From Lingula anatina (Eukaryota > Animalia > Brachiopoda), in assembly GCA_051362555.1 (NCBI GenBank), contig CM120644.1:23272534-23336533 (forward strand): a DNA stretch of 64,000 bases. The letters are read 5' to 3'. Positions within the stretch are counted from its first letter, which is position 1; every line of letters starts with the position of its first letter. The notes under the pieces are model-generated. The model saw only the letters and a program-made list of their open reading frames with translations. It was not told where the DNA came from and did not search any database. Of the stretch, positions 13,298 to 26,353 are shown one piece after another. Both the position numbers and the translations under genes were made by a program.

Positions 13298-14779
13298 ATA
13301 TCATCCTTGATTACTAGTAACTAAAATCAGGCTTTTAATAGCTAAAGACGGGTGAAGAGGATTGACTTGACTAACAAAAATTCTCTGCGAAACAAATTGG
13401 TGATAATCCTGCCATGGATCCTTTAAATTGTTATATTGTATTTTCTTTTTTCTTATTGTGTTTTGTTTGTTACTATTAATATTTGTTCATCATTTTTTTT
13501 TTAAGCTACAACGTATTTGTTGCGATGATGCTACTAGTTTAGTGTTACGGGAAATTAAAGAAAAAATAGGTTTTGTTGTTACTTTAACTTTACATAAAAA
13601 TGCAAGTTCCTGGATTTTCTGCCAAGTTTCTTTCCACTTTATATTTTTTTTTCTATAAATACAATATGCGTAAAATTTACAACAGTTCTTTTTGACATTT
13701 AAAGAGGCAGGGTGAATTTTTGACCATGCTCATACAAACAATATTTTGTTCAGTTGTTGACCAGGCAACACAGCAAATTAAATAAAATAACAACTTTCAC
13801 TGGTTTAATGTGCAGTTAGCTCGTGACACTAAAAACATGGGAGACAGGTTGTTTACATAAGTAGTCAGAAAGGGCGTGCCAGCCCAGTCGACTGGGGGAT
13901 AAGGCCAGCCACCATATTCCACTTACAATCGTAAAGCTACTCTGTAATTAGCATACTCCTCTTTTGTAGTTTTAACTCTGAATTTAGCGCGTAACCTTCA
14001 AATGGTACATGGAATGAATATACACATGATCATGACCGATATGGTATGTACATAAACCTTGGGTACGTACCTATAATGCTGATATTATGAAAGAGTCGGA
14101 AATAATTCACAGAACTTGGAGCCTTTTAAAACAAAATGGTTGATCTGTTTGGTTCCCTTTTTCTTGGCTGCGTGTCCTTAATGTTAAGACAGGGGAAGTA
14201 TGATTGCGCATGCGTTACGTACCTTAGGCAACTGTAGTAACTAAAAAACTTGCTTTAATATTCGGTAACTGTTTGTACAATACCGTGAGCAGTTATTGTC
14301 GTCATTTTGCAGAATTCCCTAGCGGCTCTCCCGCCGAATAAATACCATCAAATTAATTTTATTCATTCATTAAACAAAAAGAACAGTATATGTACAACTC
14401 GTTTACTTAAGTTCATTGTATGAATAAAACTGAAAAATGGTGGTTCACATTTATCAGTTCAGTTCACCTCGCTGTTTAGATTAGCTTGTCCTGAATGAGT
14501 GCACTGAGAGACCTGTATTCTACATAAGCTGAAGAGTATAATACAAAATAATTTAACTTTGGAGAACAAGAAAATAATAAAGAGTCATTCCACAAAAGAG
14601 TGAACGTTGAGTCACGTCAGTGATTCATTATTTCCATAACCATTTTATGTCACTTATAAAAAACATATTGAATTCTTCCATGTTAGACGGTATTATAGTA
14701 TACTTCCTTACCAAAAGCGTGCCACCCCTTCCGCTTGATGTAAATTGTCACAAGCGAACCCATAGATTTATTTTCACTA

Positions 14780-15306
14780 CACACCCAAACCCGATATAGA
14801 GGTGTAATTGATGTCACAGGCATGCTCTTTTAAATATTTAGTGCACAGATTGAACAGAAAGCAATGTTTTCTATTGCACAAAATACTTGAACAAAATTAA
14901 ACTTTTTAACAATTTTTCTGGGGAACATACGTTACCTAGTACTAGCCATGACACAAAGCCCCTGAGTTATAGTTTAAATATTTATAAAAACGCCCTTTCG
15001 TCATGTCTAATTTACCATGACTCAATCACTACTAAATTATATCGGAACGTGGTTTAAAAAAAAATAAATTAAATGACCCAGAACATACGTTTCCATACGT
15101 TTCCGGGGCATACGTTACCATTTAGATACCCTTGCTTAATGTTAAGACATGGTAAAAATTAAAATTTAAATTTAAATTGAGACAGTCGTGGATTTTTGTT
15201 CTATTCATGCATATGTTTTAAAAAATTGAATTGAACTGTGAATTCATTCAATTTAATTTTTTGACACTTCAGCATGTGAAATACACCTCTATATTGGGTT
15301 TGTGTG
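14780..15306. mobile_element. Tc1/mariner-type MITE family B, copy 2 (opposite orientation, internally shorter)
   Basis: ta-cacacccaaacccgatatagaggtg ... cacctctatattgggtttgtgtg-ta. Confidence 0.8.
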
Positions 15307-15489
15307 TACAAGGTAACAGCTAGCTAGCTAGACAGAGCACTGTGTAAATGATGCGAGTTGTTAAACAACGCCGAACCAAATGTAATCATTAAAATATTCC
15401 AACAGCAATCGTGTAGAAAGAAATAAGTTTAATCAAATTGCATTCTGAAATTAATGTAGTCATCTCCGATTATATTTTTTTTAATTTAT

Positions 15490-15795
15490 GGTATTTAGAC
15501 TGTTTAAGAGGGCATCGAAACTAGAAATGTCGTGGGGTTTCAGCCTTACCACATAGTTTAGGGTGTTTAATGATAGCCGGTTGTGCTTAAAAAGTTGAGA
15601 TTGGAATGATAGGTCTACGCGAGCCCGATAAAAATGTATTTCTCGTATCCTAGCAAGCTGTAAAGTGATAATAGATTGGGGTCCAGCGAAAAGTTCAGTT
15701 TTGAGAGAATACTTGAGTAATCCAACACTTGAGCTGTTCTTCTGTTCTAAAATAAGACTGTTCCATGAAGACATAAGAAGTATCCCGGGCATTTA
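15490..15795 (-). mobile_element. Decayed 3' end of a non-LTR retrotransposon ORF2
   Basis: WNSLILEQKNSSSVGLLKYSLK...SQLFKHN...CGKAETPRHF*FRCP, resembling the C-terminal Cys/His motif of CR1/L2-group LINEs. Confidence 0.65.
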
Positions 15796-16214
15796 TAAGT
15801 AAATTTTGTCAGGGGTGTGAGATAATTTACCGAGCGATATATGCATGGCATATATTCATGGCATATATCAAGAGAGGGTGACAGTGTATTACGACATATA
15901 CACTCAGAATAAATATAGTCATTTCACCCTAAAACACCACTTAAACCGAATAAAGTGACCCTATATCACACTCTATATGGAATAAACTCGTCCATGTGCG
16001 CTGGTCAAATCCAGCCAAATTCTCACGAAGTGTCTGACCGTTTTGGTCAATTTTTGCTAAATACATTTTCTTGTTGTGGAAGTTCATCTCGCTTGAACAG
16101 TATTTAATAATAATAATAATAATTTATTCAGCTTTAACCGTTACAAATTAACATTTTTCGCTGCCTAAGCTACTCTATTATGCTTACTCTATTATGCTTA
16201 CATCAAACATAGTT

Positions 16215-17020
16215 TCTGTCAATTCACTCAGAGTTTCTGTGTTTACTATCGTCATAGGGTGATAACGAACTAAATCCACGCCATTAAAGTCTTAGTCTTG
16301 GCTCCTTTCTCTATCTAAAAAGTGTAGCATAGCCCGGAGTATTGCTGCGGCTATAATTAAAACTTTCATAACGACTTGGCTTGGCCTCCTGTGGTTGAAT
16401 GTTTCCTGCTCAGAAAATAAGGGGTTATAAGAAATGTGAATCGAGGACAAAGGGATTTTTAAAAAAATCCCCCTGGAGCCGTTCAAGGGTTATTTAGTGT
16501 TGAGAAATACCTTTCGGTTGATAGATATTTTGACAAGCAAATAACTTTTGTTACATTACTGACATAACACTGAAATGCCCTACAACGACGACTTGTTTAA
16601 GTGGCTGTCATTACCGTGTCATTAAAATTATTTGCTATTGAAGTCTGAATTTTAAATAGTCTTTTTATCTCCCACCCAAGTGGCAGGTTGTCACAGCTAC
16701 ATCCTATTAAATTTAGTTTGTTGTTGTATTTCTATTCATCAACGCATATTTTCAACGTGAAACGTTGTTTTATTTAGTAAACCCTTAAATTCGGAATCAG
16801 CTGTTCTTCAGCTATTTCAACATTTTCTCATTTTCTTGCCAAAAATATTAGTGATCATTTGAACTTACAAAACATTAGCTCAAACAGCAGAGACAAGAGG
16901 AAACCTATGCTTCTATGGCGGATGCTATTCTATCAAACAAAATATTTTCTACAGATGATTCATCGCAAATACTGGTTGAAATTTCGTATGGGGTACAGAG
17001 CTCATGATGAAATATGGTCT
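16215..17020 (+). repeat. ~800-bp diverged direct repeat, copy 1
   Basis: Colinear with 19275-20295, which carries an extra MITE. Confidence 0.9.
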
Positions 17021-18139
17021 ATGTATCAGGGCCAGGCAATTGGCATTAGTGGTGGCTTTACTTAATGTAGAACACAAACGATATATTGCTTAATATACCG
17101 CAGTGATTATAAGATTTCAGACCAAAACCAATGGTATCGGGCATACAGTGTAGCTGTCAAACTTGGCACAGGGCAAGCACGTGCATTGTGTTTATATCTT
17201 CAGGAGCAAATGTTCTTTGATAAGCAAAACATACAAAAACATTGGATATATATTATTCTTTTGGAAATATATTATTTATTTAATTTACAGGATTTAATGA
17301 TATGGAACACCCTGTGGCTCAAATAAGCACCTTTGAAATAATGGGGGGGGGGGGGTAAAGGAAGAAAAATATCTATAGTTTGCAATTTAAATAAGATATA
17401 ATAATTGTTTATATGACACTATGTAGCTGGGTTGCTCTAAACATGCAAGTAATGAAAAATATATAATAATGAACCATGTCGAAGTAAAATGGGTCAGAGG
17501 TAAAATGAGGTCAAATTTGAGAAATTTTCAGAAAAATAAAGAAATAATTGTATTTATATAGAGAATGTGAGCCAACAATATACTTTTTAGGGTAGAGTTG
17601 GTAAATCCCATCGATATTACAAATGTTTAATGGTCATTTGTAACTTAATTTAACAGTTTGTAAGAATTATGATGGATACGATTAGCATATGGGAGTATCT
17701 GAAAAATGTCAGTCCAGTGGGGTAAGAGAAAAAAATCAATCATAACTTGAAATTAAAGTAAGATATAACAATGACTTAAATATCATTGCACAGCTAGTGG
17801 GTTGCTTTAAACATGTACTACTAAATCATTGCGGAGTAAAAGGGGTCAAATGTCAAATGAGTCTAAATGTGAGGAAATTTCAGGAAAGTAAGCCAGTAAA
17901 GTTCATTTGTTTGGAGTATAAGAGCCCACAGTATATTTTTGGATTATGTTGTGAACATCTCATCTATCTAACAAATGTTTCCTGGTCTCTTGAGACTTGC
18001 ATATACATTTTCCGAGATTTATCAATATGAAGGTCGGAGGTCCATTCAATTGCCATAAATGGAGGTAGGGGAAAGGAAATCATTAATAGTATAGGATTTT
18101 ATTAAGATATAATATTGATTTATATAACACTGTGGTGCC

Positions 18140-18401
18140 GACCATTGAAACGCAAGACAGAGATATAAATGACAAGGAAAAAGTTGATCTTGCATCTGAC
18201 AATAAGAAAGATGCTATCGAATATTACGAAGCTGAAAAATTATTATACTGTAAAACTATAAAAAATAAACGTCATCACGAGGTCAAATGGAAGGGTTACA
18301 GGAATCCTACCTGGGAACCTGAAGAGAATATTTCAGATGAAGTACAGAGACATCATAACAATAAGACTTTACAAGGACGAAGGATAAAACGCAGAAATTA
18401 A
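18140..18401 (+). mobile_element. Chromodomain fragment, probably the integrase C-terminus of a gypsy-type (or Polinton) element
   Basis: YYEAEKLLYCKTIKNKRHHEVKWKGYRNPTWEPEENISDE followed by a basic tail. Confidence 0.75.
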
Positions 18402-18755
18402 AATGAAAATTACCTTGATCTTTTTATAATTATCGTATTTATTCCAAGTCCGGCAGTTCTTCATCAGACATGCCGTCTGGTCGAATTTCGGCGTTGGTTG
18501 GGGTAGAATTCCACGAAGTAACCTCGAAATCAAAAGTTCCCGACTCATCATGTCCAGTGGGGTATTTTAAGGGTGTCGCAGGGGTCGTACGGTCCACATC
18601 CCATTCGGAGTCAAAATCGAATGTATAATATCCGCTGATCAGGGATGTGGGATTTTAAGCTTGATGGAGAGAGTTAGGTCCTGCTTAGTGCTCCCCGAAT
18701 AAGGCTAGCGTACCTGGCACAGCGTGCTGTAGGGTCTTGGTCTGTCTCAGTGCCT

Positions 18756-19003
18756 CAGTGGCGGATTTAGAGGGGGGCAGGGGGTCCTGACACCTCCCCC
18801 CCCCCCCCCCCCCCCACTTCGATTTCTAGTCCCTTCTTGAAACTGGAGGTTTGACTAGCTGAACCGCACTAAATGGCAACGTTCGCCCTCTAAAGTACCA
18901 AAAATTCCTAGGCCCTTCAGCGGGCCCCACGCCAAGTGAGGGGAAGGGTCGGCTTCGCATCCGCCGTCCCCCACCCCTTCAAATAATCCTGGACCCGCCC
19001 CTG
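18756..19003. mobile_element. MITE with CAG(G/T)GGCGG TIRs and 5-bp TSD (hAT5-like)
   Basis: cagtggcggatttag ... cctggacccgcccctg with TSD tgcct on both sides. Confidence 0.8.
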
Positions 19004-19274
19004 TGCCTGATACAGTTGCAGAAACACCCCATGGGTGATCCTTCGTGCTCTCATCAATTGCATCTTCAGCTTAGTGTCCATTGTACTCGAACAGAGCTGA
19101 ATGGTGGTTGTTTTTTTACCCCCAAGGTGGCCCCTCAGTGTTAAGAGAAGCCCCAAGAGCTGGTCAACGGCCATATCTGGCTTTGGTGGTGGTTCTCGGC
19201 CCAGGAACTGTGCCGGATTCAAAGGAAGCTAATCATCTACAATTAGTAAGTGGGGCCGTCGCTGACGCACTAGT

Positions 19275-20295
19275 TTAGTCAACTCACTCAGAGTTTCAGT
19301 GCCTACTATTGCCAAAGGGCGAACTAACTCCACACCATCAAAGTCTTGGCCATGGCTTCTCTCTATATATAAAATGTGTAGCATATCCCGAAACATCGCT
19401 GTGACCATAATTAAAACTTTCATAACGACTTATTTTTGTCTCCTAAGGATGAATGTTTCGTACTCAGAAAATAAGGGGTTATAAGAAATCTGAATCCAGG
19501 ACAAATACATTTCAGAAAAAAATCCCTTGGAGCCGTTCTAGGGTTGTTTAGTGTTGAGAAATACCTTTTGGTTAATAGATTATGACAAGCAAATAACTTT
19601 AGTTACCATTACTGATATAACCCTGAAATGCCCTACAACTTGTTTAAGTGGCTGTTTGCTATTGCAGTTTGAATTCAAATATCTTTTTTCCCCCACCCTA
19701 GTGGCAAGTTGTCAAAACAACACTAAGACCCCATTCCCATAGATTTTAGATCGATCTATCCCTGTGGGGAGTCTCACTAGATTACTGTCAGCTTAGCCGG
19801 CTTAAGCGTCTGTCCCGCCTACTAAAAGCTGTAAGGGGGAAATTACCTATGGTGCACGCTCGGCTGACTGCAATTTAGCGTGAACCCCCAGGGAGTTAAG
19901 TTAATCTAAATCTAAATCTCTGGATCGATTTAAATCTCTGGGAATGAACCCTAAGATAACACAGCTACATCCTATTAATTTGGTTTGTTGCGGTATTTCT
20001 ATCCATCAACGCATATTTTCCACGCTCAAGACAATGTTTTATTTAATAAACACTTGAATTCGGAATCAAGTGTTCTTCAATATTTCAACATTTTTTCTCA
20101 TTTTCTTGCCAAAGATAGTAGTGACCATTTGAGCTTACAAAACGTTAGCCCAAACAACAGAGATAGAAGCAAACCTATACTTATATGGCGGATGCTATTC
20201 TAGCAAACAAAATACTTTATACAGATGATTCATCGCAAATACTGGTTTGAATTTAGTAGGGATACAGGGCTTATTGCTCGTGATAAAATTTGGTG
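19275..20295 (+). repeat. ~800-bp direct repeat, copy 2, with MITE insertion
   Basis: Colinear with 16215-17020. Confidence 0.9.
19727..19951. mobile_element. MITE family A, copy 2
   Basis: gaccccattccc ... gggaatgaaccc with TAA TSD. Confidence 0.88.
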
Positions 20296-23258
20296 CATCT
20301 ACAGTGGTCGGAATAATTTTGTTTCCGTTGTACACCGGGGTAACAACGTTCGAAATGTTTTAATCCCTATCTTGTGAATAGAAGGGGGCGGACAAACAAT
20401 GGAGGGCCGTATAAATCCCTTCAAAATTCGAACGCACAAACACAATAGCTTAGGTGGAATAACACAATACTTAATACGAGTGAACCCCATGAGGCTGGTT
20501 TCTGTGGTCCAGCGTGAGCGCGACAATCCGCTGTAACTAGGTGTAATTAACAGCAGGATACATCAGCCAGAGGGTCCCTATTGTTTGTTGCGGCGATAGG
20601 ATTATAGCTTTAAGAGGCTAAAACCCATGCTAAGGCGTGCCACGCGAAGCGAACTGCCATTTTGTTCACTAGTTTGGCAAGTGCAGCTGGATTTAAGTGT
20701 TGCTAACAAACTGCTAGTTAAATTTGTTATCAGTTATTTCGTCCTATATGAAATTTCCGCAGTCAAAAATTGAACTAATTATTGTTTGTTTGGTTGAAAT
20801 GCATGAGCGTCAGCATCAATCTGTCTCAAAAAAATTCTTATTGCATTAATTTATAAATGTATAATCCATTTATGTACTTACGTTTTAATTTGAAATATCT
20901 GCATTCAAGCATTCAAGTATTTATAAAACATGAATGATAATGAAAGAGGAATAAGGAAAGAATATATTACTTATATTATGCTTATATTATAATATTGAAA
21001 TTAAATGAGGTGCATTGACATAGGCCCAATGACAATCCAACTACAACGTGCAACAGGGGGAAGTCTGGCTGTGTGATCATACAATATACGAAAGTACGGT
21101 CAATTAAAAGTGTAAATCATCAGTTAAAGAGGAGGGGGTCTTACTATAGCTCGCTATCTATTGTTAAACGCGACTGTTATTATCTCTCGAACAAGCTTAA
21201 ACCATGCCTATACAATTACTGTGTATCCGGCTGCCGTTCAGAAACGCCAAGTCGAACATATTTTGCTACAGTGATAAACATGGTACACTGGCGACTTGTT
21301 TTAGATCACTCAAGAAAAAATGCATACGTGCGACACCACAGGAAAAACAATCAAGTATGCATCTGATACATTAATAGTAATTGCACAGTGCATGTTACTA
21401 GACCTTTGTCCTAACTCAGTAGTTAGGAATAGGATGTTTGGATAAAAAAGCTTCTATTCAACTCGCTTAGACCTAGGGCGTGATGCTACTATCATCCGAT
21501 GAAACACGTAACTGAACCCTCTACCTGAACCTGAAGTCCCTTTAGCTGAAACAAAAACTGCCCCTTGAACCTGTCCATTTTTAATCGTCAAATGATTTGT
21601 GATTTCATTGAACGTCTTTGATCGAAAGCTTTCAAGTGACAATAACCGAACCTTGTGTTTATTATTTATTAAAGCGTAATTAAGTTTATTCATCATGATC
21701 TATTTTGTAAACAATACTTGCCAAGATTGTACTTGGATTGATCATCGTCACTATTTAGCTACTCGCCTATAATGCGTGCTGAACGACAGACAACTTAAAT
21801 ATATTATCTGTGTAACTGTGCAAATGAACGCATTTAGTTAAAAATATAACGAAGCCGGCATTTAATCCATCGAACATATTTATATTTGTTCTTTTAAAAC
21901 CAGTGTAAGGTTAACGCCAAATCAAAGCAAGCCTTGCAGACTGGTTTTGTTTAAACTGTCGTATATTACGTAAAGCTAAGTAAAGCCTGTTTCTACTTCG
22001 CAGTGTTCATCCCAGCCATAAAACTGCATGAAGGATAACAAGACTCCGTAGCCCTGTGCTTCAGGTTTCCAGGAGTCCCGTATAACACAATAATATCGAA
22101 GAGTATGGCCTGAGGGTAATACATATATGAAGCCGTGTATGAAAGATTTTACAAATTAGAAATTCAAGAATTTAAACATGCTAGGTACATGCACATCACT
22201 TAATAAGTCATTTCACAAAAATCGCATCTAATTGTTTAGATTAACCTTTACTTTTATCGATCTAATCACGTTGTCTCAACCACCTAGAAGAAATATAGTG
22301 AACATAAGGAAAAGTAACACGTTTACATGCAGGCGAAGGAGTTATACTTCAATATTAATCGCGAACAATATCAACAGCGACTCAAGACCGTTGCCTGTCT
22401 TTCACACTTTTACACAAACGCACGAAGGTTTAATAAAGGGAGTCGCGGCGCGATATCCATCTCTTTCATTCGAACAAGCAAAGGGCTGACCCGAAGTAAG
22501 CTTTCTTAACTAATTTCCTTTTTATTGTATATTGTAATTACTCTACTTGCTCGCCTCCATTGTCTTGTAAAAGTGACATAGAATGTGTTGTATTCACACA
22601 CGAGTTGAAAGAACTTTGCATAACTCCTTTGCCTTGTTGCATAATGTCTTTCTCAAGGTTATAATCAGTGTGAAGAGGGTGCCTTGCCTCATTTAAAAAG
22701 GGTGTTGTTCTTCACACTGGTTTTTGCTTAACTTATGCCAATCTATTATGTACCAATATGGTTATAATAAATCGCCAAAATTATGACATTAATGAACATT
22801 GTGTATCAAACGTTTTGATACGATTTAAATAAATGGACGAGGAGGATTACGGCATTAGGTTCTATTTACCTCTGGCTATATAACTATTTACCTCTGGCTT
22901 CTATTTACCTCGCCCTGCTATATAAATTAACAAATGTTGCAGATCGTAACAAAAAAACTTTCTTATAGTGTTTTATGACATATATGATTTACACATTTGA
23001 TAGTGAAACACTCCTCGACTTTAACGAATCACCTGACGTAAACTGTCTACCCACGCTCGCCGAAAAAAACTGTTTCTTTTAATTTTGAAATGAATTGCTT
23101 TTAAGGCAAAGAAGTCCATTAAACCTTTTAAGACTCATTGTCATTGTACAGCATGTTGTAATCTATATTTAAAAAATTAATTTTTGTACTCCGCTTTCAT
23201 GGGGGATACCTCAGGTTGAGGTTACAATTACGTCGCTCGCCTATGCTACTGGAATATA

Positions 23259-23496
23259 CACACACTGGACAATAGAAGTGTCACCCCTACTGAACCAATA
23301 CTTTGGGGGAGATAAATGACTGTGGAATGATATGCTCCTGGTATCATTTAATAAACATCAAATTTCACAAAAAGAACAACAATACAATTCCATGGTACAG
23401 CGGTTTTACACTCATTAGTCACATTATAAGTAGACCAGGCATTATAACTTTGATTACTCTAATTCAGGGGGTGACACTTCTTTTGTCCAGTGTGTG
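23259..23496. mobile_element. Tc1/mariner-type MITE
   Basis: TIR cacacactggacaatagaagtgtcacccc / ggggtgacacttcttttgtccagtgtgtg with TA flanks. Confidence 0.88.
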
Positions 23497-24394
23497 TATA
23501 TTTAAGGACAAATTAAGCTTTGTAAAGTCCCTTTTGTCACACACCATAGATACCTAATTTTGTCTTGAATGAAAAAATAGCCTCAAATTATCGTTTTGTG
23601 CTTAAACCTTTCATTACTTGAACCAAGATCTGTACTATAGCTACCAAGACGTACATGCATCAAGTTGGGTCTGCTGGGGGAGGGGAGCATTTAAATGATA
23701 AACGAGGAAGTCTACCTGCAAAAGCAGCAGCAGTGGTTTAAATAATCGCTATCTAGACTCCTTTTTCTTTGACAGCAACATAAAAAGTGTTTAGGGAGAA
23801 AGTCACACAAAGACCCGACGTTGTTTTGTCTTCAGCATTTCCTCTTCCTTGTTATCTGCAATTATAATCGCCAATTAATGAAATCGAGAAAGCAATTAAG
23901 TGACGGCACATTGAATATAGTCACTAGGTGCACTTCGCTGAGTGTTTACAAGATCTAGCGACACATTTTATCGCCACGCGTTCTAGTTTGATTAGTTTAG
24001 AAAATTAAACAGTTACTCTGTCGGCTCTCCGTCATTGCTATGAATCTGACATCGAATTTAGTCCAAAATATTAGTAAATTTAGAATTAATAGCTAAAACG
24101 TAAATTGCCTTAATTTGTCAGATGATCAAAAATGTCGGTGATCCACGCGGAGGGTACGCTTTCCTGAAGGTAGCGGCGACGAACGGCGACGATATTTTTC
24201 TGAATAGTGAATGAACCTTTATTAGTTACGAAAAGCCCCCTTTTCAACAGACGCGTTTAATTAATTACTTCATGTCACAAAGTTAATTTATACAGGCAAA
24301 ACTTTATTCAAGGAAAGAGTTTCACAAAATGAACGAGAGTAAAATGTAAGTCGGCACAAATATAAGTCATACAACAATGAGACTAGTTCATGAG

Positions 24395-24720
24395 CAAAAC
24401 CAGCTCTGCCATTTCTGAACATGTAATAGACACCGGCCACAGTATCGACTGGAATTCAACCAAGATCCTTGAATCTGAGTCATCCAACATCCTGCGTTAG
24501 ATACGAGAGGCTATCAACATCAGCCGTCACCAGCCACGAACAGGGGGGGGGGTTGATCTTCCTGACATTTATAAGAGGGTCCTGGCCGCTATACCACCTA
24601 GCGGTCAGTGAGTGTGACCAACTGCTCCCATTAGTCTGATGAAGGTCTTCGACCAGGTTGGCCTTAAGCTTACGGTAAGGAATTTTTTAGGCTTGACTGG
24701 TTAAATTTTTCACTTCAAAT
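24395..24720 (+). mobile_element. Penelope-like element remnant (GIY-YIG endonuclease C-terminus and 3' end)
   Basis: SAISEHVIDTGHSIDWNSTKILESESSNILR*IREAINISRHQP..GGVDLPDIYKRVL, followed by ctgatgaag. Confidence 0.8.
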
Positions 24721-25301
24721 GTTTGACTTAGTATGACATTTGCCCCCAGCTTACACAGACATCATTCAATCTAACGTAACATTTACAATTTAAATGTTAA
24801 GAATATGTCTTTAGCTGTATGATAATATACAAATCAATGCCATACCTTAATTAGAATTTCTGTTGTGAGTGCCCCCCCTTTTTTTTTTTTGCAATTTAAC
24901 TAAACCCCTCAGAAGTATTGGTATCAGTCATAGATCTAACATGCTGTAAGATGAAATCCTGAAACCCTGTAAAATATCTGAGATTTAGACTGCATTTACC
25001 AATCATACTCTAAAAAACATTTTAGGTTCGAAAATTCTGATTCTGAAGTAAATTATGTTGGCTTATTTTTTTTTAAATACCTGAGTTTTGACCTTGTATG
25101 ACCTTTGATCCCTTTTAATGTGGTCACGATTCAACATACATTTTATTATTTATTGTTTTTTGAAAAATAAACACCACCTGACGATACATTGCACATTGCA
25201 TTAGTTTAGCCTTATGCAATGTTTTCAAATAAACACCTCCTGACGATCGGACATACCTTCTGGGTATGCCAGTGAAACTCAGAGTTGTTTACTTGTTAAT
25301 G

Positions 25302-25338
<37 letters not shown>

Positions 25339-26127
25339 AATTAAAAGTTGTTAGACTAACAAGTATAAAAAAAAACACCTGTCTTATAGTATCCTTCCTC
25401 TCCGCACGATGTGGTAGATGTGATCTGCCAAAGTATCACCCTTACCGAAATAAGATAGACAAGATAAACTAATGAATTATTGCCATGTACATGCAAAAAA
25501 TAAAATAAAAATCTCTGTTTTTCAATTAAATGACCAATTTAATTTTTTACAAGTAAAAGGTTGATTAAATGTATACAAAATTATATGGTAAATTCGCTAT
25601 GCTCCGTCATCACGGTAAGTGTGGCTTTGAGGGACCGTAGACGATTAGGTAATAACACTGGCTGGAACGAACTATTATTTGGATTGCAAGGGTCTCTCCA
25701 TGCTCACGTCACTTTCTTGAGCAAAATTGGCTCTAACATAGTCTTCCCACCGAAGGTACTGCCTACCCCACTATTCCACTAGAGGAGTTTCTTGTCATCC
25801 GCCTCGGATCCCCTTGCTGTACTTTAGTTTTTCTTAGTACAACAGTGGCTGTGTTTTATCTGTTACATAATATTTTTGCCTTACAAATATGGACTTTGTG
25901 TCGAAAGTAACCCCACTGGTATGAAAAAGGATATGTTAAGTAAAAATAGGTAAGCAGTCTGTCGGAAACGTCAATGGATTTAAACTATACTGTTTAACCA
26001 TACAGGGGTATGCTTATTTGCTTAAATTTTGACACAGCTAGCTTTCTAAAACTGTATTTTCATAATTCGTACCGATTGGCGCCGCTGTATTGACTTGAGC
26101 ATCGTTCGGTCGGAGAAATAAAACATA

Positions 26128-26353
26128 CACCCCATTTCCATAGATTTTTAGATCGATCTTTCCCTGTGGGGAGTCTCACTAGATTACTGTCAGCTTGGCC
26201 GGCTTAAGCGTCTGTCCCGCCTACTAAAAGCTGTAAGGGGGTAATTAACTTTGGTACCCGCTCGGCTGACTGCAATTTAGCGTGAACCCCCAGGGAGTTA
26301 GGTCGATCTAAAACTTAATCTTTAGATCGATCTAAATCTCTGGGAAAGCACCC
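26128..26353. mobile_element. MITE family A, copy 3
   Basis: Body nearly identical to 19727-19951, with degenerate ends. Confidence 0.85.

Noticed and set aside
22333-22494. Exon-like segment (catgcag|...|gtaagc)
   Set aside because: The open frame has no recognisable domain and the acceptor lacks a pyrimidine tract, so it cannot be tied to a gene.
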